A DNA stretch of 64,000 nucleotides from Mustelus asterias (taxonomy: Eukaryota), in the NCBI RefSeq assembly GCF_964213995.1, contig NW_027590190.1, positions 248,001 through 312,000 of the forward strand. The letters are read 5' to 3'. The position numbers and the translations under genes are program-made. This document shows positions 11,582-23,099 of the stretch, piece after piece. How positions within the stretch are numbered: the stretch's first letter is position 1; every line of letters begins with the position of its first letter. The notes under the pieces are model-generated. The model did no database searches. It saw only the letters and a program-made list of their open reading frames with translations, and was not told where the DNA came from.

Positions 11582-12520
11582 ATGGAGAAACCATGGAAAT
11601 GTGGGGACTGTGGGAAGGGATTTAATTATCCATCCCGGCTGGAATATCATCGATGCACTCACACTGGAGCCAACATCACACACAGGCCACTGAAATGTGG
11701 GGACTGTGGTAAAGTGATCAGATCCCCATCAGATCTGGAAACTCATCGACGTGGTCACACTGGGGAGAGACCATTCACCTGCTTCAAGTGTGGGAAAGGA
11801 TTTGCTCGGACATCCACCCTGCTGAGACACCAGCGAGTTCACACTGGGGTGAGGCCGTTCATCTGCTCCCAATGTGGCATGGGATTCACTCAGTTATCTC
11901 ACCTCACTGTACATCAGCAAGTTCACACTGGGGAGAGACCATTTAGCTGCTCTGTGTGTGGGAAGGGATTCACCAGTTTAACTAATCTCACTTCTCATCA
12001 GCTTGTTCACACTGATAAGAGACTTTTTAAATGTTCGGACTGTGGTAAGAGCTTCAAAAGTACAAGGAATCTCCAGAGACACCAATACATTCACTGTAGT
12101 CAGAGCCCATTCTCCTGTTCTGTGTGCGGTAAGGGATTCACTCGGTCATTCAGTCTCCTGCGACACCAGCGAGTTCACACTGGGGCGAGGCCGTTCTCTT
12201 GCACTAAATGTGGAAAGCGATTCAGTCGGTCGTGCAGCTTGCAGAGACATCAACAAATTCACTCTGCGGAGAACCCATTCATCTGTTTCATCTGTGGTAA
12301 GGGATTCACTCAGTCAGCTCTCCTCCTGAGACACCAGCGTGTTCACTCTACAGAGAAGCCTTTCATCTGCTCTGAGTGTGAGATAGGATTCATTCAGTCA
12401 TTCCAACTGCTGAGACACCAGCGAATTCACACTGGAGAGAGGCCATTCATTTGCTCCCAGTGTGGGAAGGGATTTACTCAGTCCTACCACCTACTGAGAC
12501 ACCAGCGAGTTCACGAGTGA
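11582..12520 (+). CDS. C2H2 zinc-finger protein, 11 fingers, intact (gene 3)
   Basis: 312-aa ORF starting at ACCATGG (MEKPWKC) with 11 C2H2 units; acceptor TTTGCAG near 11218. Confidence 0.9.
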   Translation: MEKPWKCGDCGKGFNYPSRLEYHRCTHTGANITHRPLKCGDCGKVIRSPSDLETHRRGHTGERPFTCFKCGKGFARTSTLLRHQRVHTGVRPFICSQCGMGFTQLSHLTVHQQVHTGERPFSCSVCGKGFTSLTNLTSHQLVHTDKRLFKCSDCGKSFKSTRNLQRHQYIHCSQSPFSCSVCGKGFTRSFSLLRHQRVHTGARPFSCTKCGKRFSRSCSLQRHQQIHSAENPFICFICGKGFTQSALLLRHQRVHSTEKPFICSECEIGFIQSFQLLRHQRIHTGERPFICSQCGKGFTQSYHLLRHQRVHE

Positions 12521-12789
12521 TTGCAGGGTTGGATTCTGCTATTATTGCTCCTGTTAATCACATCCGGGACTGGACTATGTTCATTCTGACAGGGCTCATT
12601 CTTTTCATGATGTTAATAATTCCTGTGACTGCACTGGAGTTAATATTTTCTTATAGTATTAAGTCTAACAGCGTTTTGACTGTGTGTTGGGTAAAAGTTT
12701 AAAGTTTCAAAGTTTATTTATTGTTGATTTCCCCAAGATAAGACACAAATTGATGTCCTTGTTGTGATATGAAGTTGAGGAAATATACA

Positions 12790-14275
12790 TACGAACAAGT
12801 AACCAGGATGTGAAGCAGCATGTGACTGAAGTGTTACTGGGGAGCACTTTGGGATCAATGGCCATAATTCGATTAGTTTTAATATAGTTTTGGAAAAGGA
12901 TAGGTCTGGTCCACAAGTTAAAGTTCTAAATTGGGGCTTGGCCAATTTTGATGGTATTGTACAGGAACTTTCACAAGCTGATTGGGGAAGGCTGTTCACA
13001 GGTCAAGGAACGTCTGGAATGTGGGATGCTTTCAGAAGCGAGATAGCGAGAGTTCAGGGCCAGCACCTTCCTGTTACTGTAAAGGACAAAGCTGGCAGGA
13101 GGAGGAAACACTCAATGACGAGAGATATTGAGATTCTGGTCAATAAAAAGAAGGAAGCATATGTCAGGTTCAGACAGCTGGGGCCAAGTGAATCCCTTGA
13201 GGAGTATCGGGAGTGCAGAAGTCCACTTAAAATGGAAATCAGGACGGCAAAAAGGGAACATGAGATAGCTTTGGCAGATAAGGTAAAAGAAAATCCAAAG
13301 AGATTCTACAAGTATATTAAGGGCAAAAGAGTAACTAGGGAGAGAATCGGCCCCTTAAAGATCAACAAGGTCATTTATGTGTGAAGCCACAGGAGATGGG
13401 TGAGATCCTAATGGAATATTTCTCATCAGTATTTACCCTGGAGAAAGACATGAAAACTTGGGAATTCAGGGATGTAAATAGTGATGTCTTCAATGGCGCC
13501 CACATTACAGAAGACAAGGTGCTGGAAGTTTTAAAACACATAAAGGTAGATAAATCTCAAGGACCTGATCAAGCGCATCCCAGGACATTGTGGGAAGCTC
13601 GGGAAAACATTGTGGCGCCCCCTAGTGTATATATTTGTATCATCAACAACCACGGGTGAGGTGCCAGAAGACTGGAGAGAGGCAAATGTTACAGCTATTT
13701 GAGAAAGGCAGCAGAGAAAAGCCAGGGAACTACAGACCGGTGAACCTAACATCAGTGGTGGGTAAGTTGTTGGTTGGTAGTCTGAGAGACAGGATCTACA
13801 TGCATTTGGAAAGGCAAAGGCTGATTACAGATTGTCAGCATAGCTTTGTGCATGGGAAATTGTGTCTTAAAAATTTAACAGAGCTTTTTGAAAGGGTGAC
13901 CAAAAAAAAATAGATGAGGACGGTGCAGTAGATGTTGTCTACATGGACTCCAGCAAGGCCTTCGACAAGGTATCTATGGTAGACTGGCCAGTTAAGGTTA
14001 GATCACAATGGATCCATGGAGAACTAGCCAGACTTATAAATGGTCCTACCTTGCACTAAGTTGATCTTTCTCGACACCCTAGCTATGACTAACGCTACAT
14101 TCTGCACTCTCTCGTTTCCTTCTCTATGAATGGTATACTTTGTACAGCGTGCAAGAAACAATACTTTTCACTGTATATTAATACATGTGATAATAAATCA
14201 AATCAAAAATTGAATACAGAATTGGTTTGCTGGAAGGAGACAGAGGGTGGTGGTCGAGGGTTGCTTTTCAAACTG
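12790..14275 (+). mobile_element. Decayed CR1 LINE
   Basis: ORFs 12890..13384, 13381..13659 and 13635..13913 (KENPKRFYKY, NYRPVNLTSVVGK). Confidence 0.9.
14030..14208 (+). mobile_element. LINE 3' tail, Rex1/Babar-like, inserted in CR1
   Basis: CAATACTTTTCACTGT...AATAAATCAAATCAAA; interrupts the CR1 RT sequence; same tail at 43717-43785. Confidence 0.6.
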
Positions 14276-14733
14276 GAATTAGAGCAAGAGATGGATGGTC
14301 AGTTCCCCTCTGTCCGGGGCTGGGGGATTCACACTCATTTCCCCAGGGCACTCATTCTCACTGCAACTTTACAGGAGAAAGTCCCCGCTTCAATCCTGCC
14401 TGCAAACTTTGTGTTTAAAATTGTTACTGAGGAGGAATTAACAGTGAGTTTAGTTTCATGTTGAACAGGATGAGAGTTACTGTTGTCTCCTTCTTAAAAC
14501 TCCTTCTTCATCTTTAAACAGATAACGGTAAGTCAGAGAAAACTATCCACAGTGACCCCAAAACTAGATACTGCAAATCCGACCTCAAAACAGTGAATAT
14601 CTTCCCAAACTCAAAGCAGGTGAACAGCCCCTCCCCAATGTGAACTTGGTATACAGTGAGTTGAAATGATCCCCTGAACCCAGTCTCTCATCAGTGTGAA
14701 AACATTGATGAGACATTAGTAATCCACAATTTT

Positions 14734-15050
14734 GGGGTGGCACGGTGACACAATGGTTAGCACTGCTGCCACATAGTGCCAGGGATCTGGGTTCAATTCT
14801 GCCTTCGGGTCAGTGTCTGTGTGGAGTTTGCACATTCTCCCCATGTCTGCATGGGTTTCCTCCGGGTGCTCTGATTTCCTCCCACAGTCCAAAGATGTGC
14901 AGGTTTGTTTGATTAGCCATGCTAAATTGGCCCGAGTGTCAGGAGAATTAGTAGGGTAAATATGTGGGGTTTGGGGAATAGGGCCTGGGCGGGATTGTGG
15001 TCAGACTCAATGGGCCAAATGGCCTCCTTCTGAATGTAAGGATTCTATAA
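14734..15050 (+). mobile_element. HE1-like V-SINE
   Basis: tRNA-like head with A/B boxes, conserved core and CR1-type tail. Confidence 0.85.
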
Positions 15051-15144
15051 AACTTTTATAGCAGCTCCCACAGTCTGGGCAAATTTAAGGTCTCTCCTCA
15101 GTATGAAACTGGGGTGTTTGCAGGATGGGTGAGTGAATCCCTTC

Positions 15145-15815
15145 TGTTAGGGTCCTGGACCAGAACCCCTAAATTACATTCGGAAGTCAAGCTAGATCCC
15201 ATCAATTTTTCTATTGGCATAAATGTGAGGATCGGATGCTTCTGACGAGGAGAAATTCCACTGACAAATTAGGGATCTTTCATAGTAAAGCTAACTTTAT
15301 TTAATATCACAGTTTAAATATAACTCTAACAAATGAATCAGCTTAATCATTAACAGTTGAACAACATTTAAAAATGCAAAGGAACAATCTTAATTTCTAA
15401 CTTATCACTATTTCAGTTCCAAATAAGCAACATTACTCTTATAGTTGTAAGTGCCACTTTAAATATAGTTAGTAACCATAAATATACTTGAGTGTAGACA
15501 GTCTTAAAGCTTTCAGAACGACAACAAGTCTCAGAGCAGCTTGTAGAAACCCTCTATCTTCAAACGATCAGAACTGCAAAAGCTTCTTTCTCCCTGCAAA
15601 GACCCACTATCACATGACCTGTCAATCAAATCTAGAAATCCCAGAGGAATGTCTTGTTTAAACAAAAGCCCATCAGCTCTATCAAAGTAACTGATTCCCA
15701 GCTTTCACAACCCTTGAGAGACACAGACACACCAGATACCTGCAGAATAAAGCTGGATTTTTAAACATTCCCCCTCAGCAGAAAAACATACACCCACTGC
15801 AACACGACCATCACG
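15145..15815 (-). mobile_element. Solo LTR with a 4-bp TSD (CTTC)
   Basis: Starts TGTTAG and ends TCACG; CTTC at 15141-15144 and 15816-15819; splits a GKGF finger codon run. Confidence 0.7.
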
Positions 15816-16164
15816 CTTCCCACACTTGAAGCAGATAAATGGCATCTCCCCAGTTTAAACCCACTGGTGTCGCTAACAAGCTGAGAAGACTGAATGACCC
15901 CTTGCCGTACTCAGAGCAGGTAAAGGGCATTTCCCCAGTGTGGTTTCCAGCTCTGACGGTTAATTGAATGTCTCTTTATAGTCTCCACATTTCCATGGTT
16001 TCTGCCAAATGTGACTGGTTATCAATGATGCTGATTTCTTCCATGTTCAAAACTTTCTACTTTTCAGGTTATGATAAATTCTGTGGCTACATCCAATCCT
16101 GATCTGATGTTTTGTGAGAGTTTCCTGGCCACAAATCCTCTAAGACCGACTGTATTAACATTAT

Positions 16165-18450
16165 CTCAGGATTACTACCAGTGCCATGTGCTATTCAGAG
16201 TTGAAACAGCAGGATATATTGGGTGAATACCTGGCTGAAAAGATGATGTGAGAGGCAGGGTTTCAGATTCCTGGGACATTGCGACTGGTTCTGGGGAAGG
16301 TGGGACCAGTACAACTGGACAGGGCCAGGACTGATGTCCTTGGGAGGTTGGGGGTGTACTTGTTGAGTCATTGGGAAGGTTTAAACTAAAATGGCAGGGA
16401 GATGGAAACCTATGTAAGGATTCAGAGCAGAGGGTATCAAGAACAAGAGAAAAATACAGCAAGAAGAATAAGAAAAGTGGTAGGCAGAGAATCGAGAGCC
16501 AGAATCACATACGGACACAGTAAAAAATAGTAAGAATGGGACAACAAATGTTAAAAGGACTAGCCTTAAAGTTTTGTACGTGAACGCCTGGAGCATTCAA
16601 AATAAAATGGATGAATTAGTTGCATAGATAGATGTAAAGGGGTATGATACAATTGGGACCACAGAGACATAGCTCCAATGTGACCAAGGATGAGAACTAA
16701 ACATTGGGGGCTATTCAGTGTTTAGGAAGGACAGACATAAACAAAAAAATGGTGGAGTTGCATTGTTAATTAAAGAAGATATTGATACAATATTAAGGAA
16801 AGATAGCACAGAAGATGTGGAATCTGTATAGGTCAAGTTAAGCCAAACCAAGGGGCAAAAAACATTTATGGGTGTGGTATACAGACCACCAAACCAGTGG
16901 TAATGTTGGGAAAAGCATTAGACAGGAAATCAGAGATGCATGTGTTAAAGGAATATCTGTGATTACAGGGTGACTTTGATCTGCATATAGATTGGGTGAT
17001 CAAATTAATCACATTACAATAGAGGAGGAATGTTTGGAGTGTATAGAGGATGGTTTTCTGGACCAATACTTTTGAGGGACCAAGGGAACATGCCATCTTG
17101 GACTGGGTATTGTTCAATGAGAAAGGACTAGTTGGCAAACTAGTTGTGAGAGAACCCTTGGGGACGAATGACTATAATATGATAGAATTTTTTGTCAAGG
17201 TGAATAATGATGTAGTTGATTCTGACACCAGTGTCCTGAATCTCAGCAAAGGTAACTATAATGGATTGAGGCATGAGTTGGCTATGATGGACTGGGAAAC
17301 ATTACTGAAAGGAAGGACAGTGGACAGACAATGATAGGCATTTAAGGAACAAATAGGTGAACTCCAAAAGTTGTTTTCTCCTATTTGGCGCAAACATGGA
17401 AATGGAACTGTAGCCAAACCATGTCTTACAGGGGAAAATAGAGAGAGCACTGGATTCAAAGAAGAAGCAGACAAATTGGCAAGAAAGAGCAACAGACCTG
17501 AGGATTGGGAGCAGTTTAAAATTCAACAAAGGAAGATCAAGGGATTGATTCAGAAGGGGAAAATAGAATATGAAAATAAGCCAGTGGGGAACATAAAAAC
17601 TGAGTGTAAAAGTTTCTATGGTAAAGAGAAAAAGGTTGACAAAAACGAATGTGGGCCCTTTACAGTCAGAAACAGGAATTCATAATAGGGAAAAAAGAAA
17701 TAGCTGAAGAACTAAATTCGTATTTTGCTTCTTTCTTATGAATCCCATGATTCAAAAAGGGAGGAAGAGATAAAATAGGGAACTATGGACTATTGAGCCT
17801 AACATCAGTAGGAGGGAAGTTAACTTAGAAATCATAGAAACCTTACAGTACAGAAAGAGGCCATTCGGCCAATCGAGTCTGCACCGACCACAATCCCACC
17901 CAGGCCCTACCCCCATATCCCGACATATTTCCCACTAATCCCTCTAACCTACACATCTCAGGACACTAAGGGCAATTTTTAGCATAGCCAATCAACGTAA
18001 CCCGCACATCTTTGGACTGTGGGAGGAAACCGGAGCACCCGGAGGAAACCCACGCAGACACGAGGAGAATGTGCAAACTCCACACAGACAGTGACCCAAG
18101 CCGGGAATCGAACCCAGGTCACTGGAGCTGTGAAGCAGCAGTGCTAACCACTGTGCTACCGTGCCGCCCCTGCTCGAGTTTATTATCAAGGATTTCATAG
18201 CTCAGCATTTAGAAAGCAGTGGCATAATCAGACAAAGTCAGCTTGGATTTACAAAAGGGAAATCATGCTTGACAAACCTACTGGAATTCGTAGAGTTCAC
18301 CAGGGAGATGTTGTTTAGACTTTCAGATGGCTTTTAGCAAGATCTCACATGACAGATTACTATGTAAAGCTAAAGCACATGGGATTGCGGGTAATGCCTT
18401 GAGATGGATGGAAAACTGGTTAGCAGACAGGAAGCAAAGAGTTGGCATAA
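16165..18450 (+). mobile_element. Decayed CR1 LINE (ORF1 end, endonuclease, partial RT), with a SINE inserted
   Basis: LKVLYVNAWSIQNK, GDF and AILDWVL endonuclease motifs; RT pieces to about 18450. Confidence 0.85.
17826..18170 (-). mobile_element. HE1-like V-SINE
   Basis: Full-length copy, near-identical to 25952-26299. Confidence 0.9.
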
Positions 18451-18513
18451 CTTGGTCATATGGACATATGTCTGTCTGGCAGCCTACCTGGAGATTTCCA
18501 GCTCTCTGTGTCC

Positions 18514-18581
18514 AGGGCAGGAAGCAGTGAGCATGGATCTGTCAATCAGCCTCAATCAGCACTTTCAGGAGAATCGGGAGG
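18514..18581 (+). other. Candidate mini-exon of ZNF gene 4 (encodes MDLSISLNQHFQENRE)
   Basis: TGTCCAG acceptor, GG|GTGAAT donor and a downstream TTTTACAG acceptor at 18720; repeated at 23777-23845 and 22288-22325 (minus). Confidence 0.5.
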
Positions 18582-19077
18582 GTGAATATTAGATACAGCA
18601 GAGTGAGAATGGAGGGAGAGTGTGTGGGATGGAAATTTGGGAATGAGAGAGGAAGTAATGTTCTGTTCTGAATTTCTATCCTGCACCAACAGTGATGGCT
18701 TTTATAAACTCCTTTTACAGGATATCAGAAGGTGAGGAATTACAGACAGAAATTTCAAACCAAACCATCAACATCTGACAGAGTAACTCAATTCATCAGG
18801 AGCTGAATATCATTGGCCTTTGAATCTAGAAGGAGAAATGTTTCTCTATTCTGTCTGCTTCAGAAAAGTTTAAACATCAATGTGACTGGGATAGCACCGA
18901 AAAACACACACACACCCAAGTGAGAGTGTTCCAGTGCACTGAGTGTGGAAAGAGCTTTAACCAGTTACACAGCCTGAAAATTCATCGCAGCATCCACAGC
19001 GGGGAGAGACTGTACCCGTGTTCTGTGTGAGATTTAACTGATTGTTTAACCTGGAGAGTCACAAGGACACCCGCATC

Positions 19078-19908
19078 ATGGGGAGACTGTGGAAATGTGA
19101 GGACTGTGGGAAGAGATACAGAATTCCATCTGAGCTGCAAATTCATGAATGCAGTTACAAGGGGGGGACACCATTCACCTGCCCTGACTGTGGGAAGGGA
19201 TTCACTCAGTTATCCAGCCTGCAGAGACACCAGCGAGTTCACACTGGGGAGAGGCCATTCACCTGTTCTGACTGTGGGAAGGGATTCACTCGGTTATTCC
19301 AGCTGCTGAGTCACAAAGTCACTCACAGCCAGGAGAGATCCTTTAAATGCTCTGACTGTGGGAGCGGATTCAAAAGCTCTCGGGTACTGATTTCCCACCA
19401 GCGCATTCACACTGAGGAGAGACCGTTCAGCTGCTCTCACTGCTCAAAGAGGTTTAGAACGTCATCCAACCTGCGAGTACACACTGGGGAGAAACCATTC
19501 CTTTGTTCTGAGTGTGGGATGGGATTCGCTCAGTTATCCACTTTGCGGAGACACCAGCGAGTTCATACCAGGGAGAAACCGTTCACATGCTCAGTGTATG
19601 GGAACAGCTATGTTCACTTATCCAGCCTGCTGAACCACGAAGTCACTCACACCAATGAGAGACCCTTGAAATGCTCTGAGTGTGGGAGTGGATTCAAAAG
19701 CTCTCAGGATCTGGTGTCCCACCAGCGCATTCACACTGAGGAGAGACCGTTCAGCTGCTCTCACTGCACAAAGAAGTTTAAATTGTCATCTGCCCTGCGG
19801 ACACACCAGCAAATTCACTCTGGGGAGAGACCATTCACCTGCTCCATGTGTGGGAAGGGATTCACTCAGTCATCCCACCTGCTGAGACACCAGCGAATTC
19901 ACAAGTGA
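19078..19908 (+). CDS. C2H2 zinc-finger protein, about 10 units, some degenerate (gene 4)
   Basis: ORF 19042..19908; ATG at 19078 (MGRLWKC). Confidence 0.8.
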   Translation: MGRLWKCEDCGKRYRIPSELQIHECSYKGGTPFTCPDCGKGFTQLSSLQRHQRVHTGERPFTCSDCGKGFTRLFQLLSHKVTHSQERSFKCSDCGSGFKSSRVLISHQRIHTEERPFSCSHCSKRFRTSSNLRVHTGEKPFLCSECGMGFAQLSTLRRHQRVHTREKPFTCSVYGNSYVHLSSLLNHEVTHTNERPLKCSECGSGFKSSQDLVSHQRIHTEERPFSCSHCTKKFKLSSALRTHQQIHSGERPFTCSMCGKGFTQSSHLLRHQRIHK

Positions 19909-20799
19909 TGACAGGGGTTGGATTCTGCTGTTATTGCTGCTGTTGATCACATCCAGGACTGAAGCATGTTCATTCTGACAGTGGGTGAAGTGGGAGGGTC
20001 GGAGGGTATCTTTCTGCTGGACTGGCCGGTCTCATGACTTTGCTTCCAGTGGGCTGATGCTCTTTGAGCCTGGGAGAGCACATTTCCAATGAAATGCTCC
20101 ACAAAGCTGATGAAAGACATATATTTTATCCTGGATGTAAATAGTTTTTCTCACCACTACAGACAGATCTAAAATAAATAAACTTGTCTCTGTTCCATTG
20201 AATCTACAGCACAGGGCCGGGCCAGTCGTGTAACTAAGTCTGCACGCTAGATTTTAGTGAAACCCAACCATTTTCAATTTAATTCCAGTTACATTGACAG
20301 CAATGAAAGGTCAAAATGTCATTTTGTTCTCGCACAGAGATAAGAAGCCGTTTAGTGTTCAGTATAATCACTCCCATGTATTCATGAAGGGTTATTACAT
20401 CAATAGGAATCAGCCAGAAACAGGTGACTGACCAAATAGTGAACCTCAGTTAAGTTTCAGTTGAAGGATAAGTTATTAATAATCAGCAGTTAATGGGAAG
20501 TCACTTTGGGATATTTCTGTATTTCTCCATCAGCTTTTCTTATGAGGACATGAAGGTGGTGTCAGAGCTGGGAAAGAAATGGGATAAGCCTTGGACTCTC
20601 TCCCTATCAGGAACACACACACTGTCCTTGACTGTTGAGTCTGTCTGAATGAATGGGATTCCTGTAAAGACATCAAGATAACAGACAGAGCTGAAAGGAA
20701 GGCATTGTCCGAAGTTGAAGAGATTGTGCGTGATTAGCTGGAACCAATGGAGTTGACTCTACTGACAAATTATAGACCAATCAGCCGTTTCCAACCACT

Positions 20800-21065
20800 T
20801 AGAGTCATAGAGGTTTACAGCATGGAAACAGGCCCTTTGGCCCAACTTGTCCATGCCGCCTTTTGTTTTTAAAAAAACCCTAAGCTAATCCCAATTGCCC
20901 GCATTTGGCGCATATCCCTCGATATCCATCGTACCCATGTAACTATCTAAATGCATTTTAAAAGACAAAATTGTACCCGCCTCTACTACCACTTCAGGCA
21001 GATTGTTCCAGACTCTTATCACCCTCTGTGTGAAATAATTGCCCCTCTGGACACTTCTATATCTT
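20800..21065 (-). mobile_element. CR1 3' end
   Basis: NYFTQRVIRVWNNLP and 3' UTR; same subfamily as 26827-28066 and 40160-40755. Confidence 0.85.
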
Positions 21066-22325
21066 GACATGTGCCTGAGGTGGGCTCACAACATCTTTTG
21101 AGTGTAAAGAGAGGGATCCACCTTTGTGAACATGGAGTGTGGAGAAGCGGTTTGGATCTTCAGGGACAGTTGAGCTTCCTCCTATCAGCGTGAAGGTTGT
21201 TTCCAATACAGCTCAGGGGCAGATGAGTCGTTTGTCCTGGCACTGGTTCAGTGATGGGTTCCCTGCCAGTCGAAACCCCAGGAAGGTGCCGCCTGTGCTT
21301 CTCAGAGGCAGTGACTGTTTCTCTGTCAGCCCCAGGAGTTCACGTTGTCGTCCACTTCTCTTGGATTGATCACTGATTAGAAAGTGGAGTTGGTAGAGTT
21401 TCATTGATGAGTAAACTTTACCTTATTTCCCACTCCGTTAGTTAGGTGATAAAGAACAAAGAAAATTACAGCACAGTAATAGGCCCTTCGGCCCTCCAAG
21501 CCTGCAATGACCATGCTGCCCACCTGAATGAAAACCCTCTGCCCTTTCCGGGACCATGTCCCTCTATTCCCAAGTTATTCATTTATTTGTCAAGACACCC
21601 CTTAGAAGTCACTATCGTATCTGCTTCCACTACCTCCCCTGGGAAGGGGAGTTTCTAAATGTTACATATAAACAATAAACTTTGATAGTATTGACTGATT
21701 TGATATCTGAGTCTTTGCTTGATGGTTGAGTCGGTGCAGACTCAATGGGCTGAGTGGCCTCCTTCCGCATTGGAGGAATTCTATGATTCTCAATGGAGAT
21801 CACAAATGCTGACAATACTCCCAGTGCAGTATAACCATGCTTCTAAACAAGTTGAATATAACATCCCTGCTGTTCAATTCTATCTCTCGAAAATAGAACC
21901 CTATTTATGGGCCCCAGACCTTCGGGAAGATGTGAAGTTCTTAGAGAGGGTGCAGAGGAGATTTGCACGAATGGCATCTCACATCATTAAAAAGTAGCTG
22001 GATCAGCACTTGGCAAGTCAGAACAGTTAAGGCTATGGGCCAGGTGCTGGTAAATGGGATTCGGAGGGAGGTCAGGTGTTTCTTGCATGTCAGTGCAGAC
22101 TCGATGGGCTGAAGGCCCTCTTCAGCACTGCACGATTCAATGATGAGGCAATTCAGTTCGTTGGAGAGACTGGAGCAGCTGAAATATCTCTCTTTAAATC
22201 AGTCAAGACATTAGGGTCTAGAATGGGGTCATTCAGTCCACTGATTCAATGCTGGCACTTTGCATGTCAAACTCTTGTCCGTTCTATTTATTGACAGATC
22301 CATGCTCACTGCTTCCTGTCCTGGA

Positions 22326-22605
22326 GTGGAGATGCCGGCGTTGGACTGGGGTAAACACAGTAAGAAGTTTAACAACACCAGGTTAAAGTCCAACAGGTTT
22401 ATTTGGTAGCAAAAGCCACACAAGCTTTTGGAGCCTTAAGCCCCTTCTTCAGGTGAGTCGGAATTCTGTTCACAAACAGGGCATATAAAGACACAAACTC
22501 AATGAATAATGGTTGGAATGCGAATACTTACAGCTAATCAAGTCTTTAAGACACAAACAATGTGAGTGGAGAGAGCATCAAGACAGGCTAAAGAGATGTG
22601 TATTG
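22326..22605 (-). mobile_element. Penelope 3' terminal fragment
   Basis: Near-identical to 36590-36875. Confidence 0.85.
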
Positions 22606-22675
22606 GACACTTTCAGCTCTCTGTGTCCTGGACACAGAGAGCTGGAAATCTCCATGCAGGCGGCCAGACAGATAT

Positions 22676-23051
22676 TTTTTTAAATACTTTTCCAATTCAA
22701 TCAAATCAAATCCAATTCAGAGTCTCAACAAGTTGAGACATCCCAGATCCAGGCCGACAAGACAGGGCAAGCGACCAAACCACCCTGTCCTGGGCCTGAT
22801 CCACATGAGCCAAGCTGACCGGAGAAGGGGGAGGTTCCTCCTCCAAGACTTGGGCTCATCTGCATCTTAGCCAAAAGGCCGAGACGCCGCTTTTAAAAAT
22901 TGCTTCATATGAAACACATGAAGCTTCAGTGCAACCCAATGACCCCAACCAAGCGCAGGCGATCCATACTACACTTGATCTTAGCCAAAAGGCCGAGAAG
23001 CGATAGCCTGTAAACTTACAGATACTACACTTGATCTTAGCCAAAAGGCCG
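22676..23051 (-). mobile_element. U2 snRNA-fragment chimeric retroposon (SINE-like) with an 18-bp TSD
   Basis: U2 5' fragments at about 23018-23053, 22966-23004 and 22864-22884; short A-tail; AGGCGGCCAGACAGATAT at 22658-22675 and 23052-23069. Confidence 0.8.
22966..23004 (-). ncRNA. U2 snRNA nt 1-39 fragment (not a full gene)
   Basis: Minus strand reads ATCGCTTCTCGGCCTTTTGGCTAAGATCAAGTGTAGTAT. Confidence 0.9.
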
Positions 23052-23099
23052 AGGCGGCCAGACAGATATATGTCTATCTGACTGGAGTAACAATGTGTG

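Larger units (their letters stand above)
14560..16130 (-). pseudogene. Heavily decayed ZNF gene interrupted by a SINE and an LTR
   Basis: Degenerate finger sequence at 14600-14730, 15050-15144 and 15816-16010; paralogous to 3090-3320. Confidence 0.7.

Noticed and set aside
19905-19980. Box C/D snoRNA (GTGATGA...CTGA) at the ZNF stop codon
   Set aside because: The C-box is formed by the stop codon and is absent in several paralogs, and the location is exonic
20229-20767. Possible solo LTR (TG...CA)
   Set aside because: No TSD or second copy was found, so it cannot be supported
22864-23053. Functional U2 snRNA gene
   Set aside because: Only the first 27-43 nt are present; there is no Sm site or 3' stem-loops, and the fragments lie inside a TSD-flanked insert
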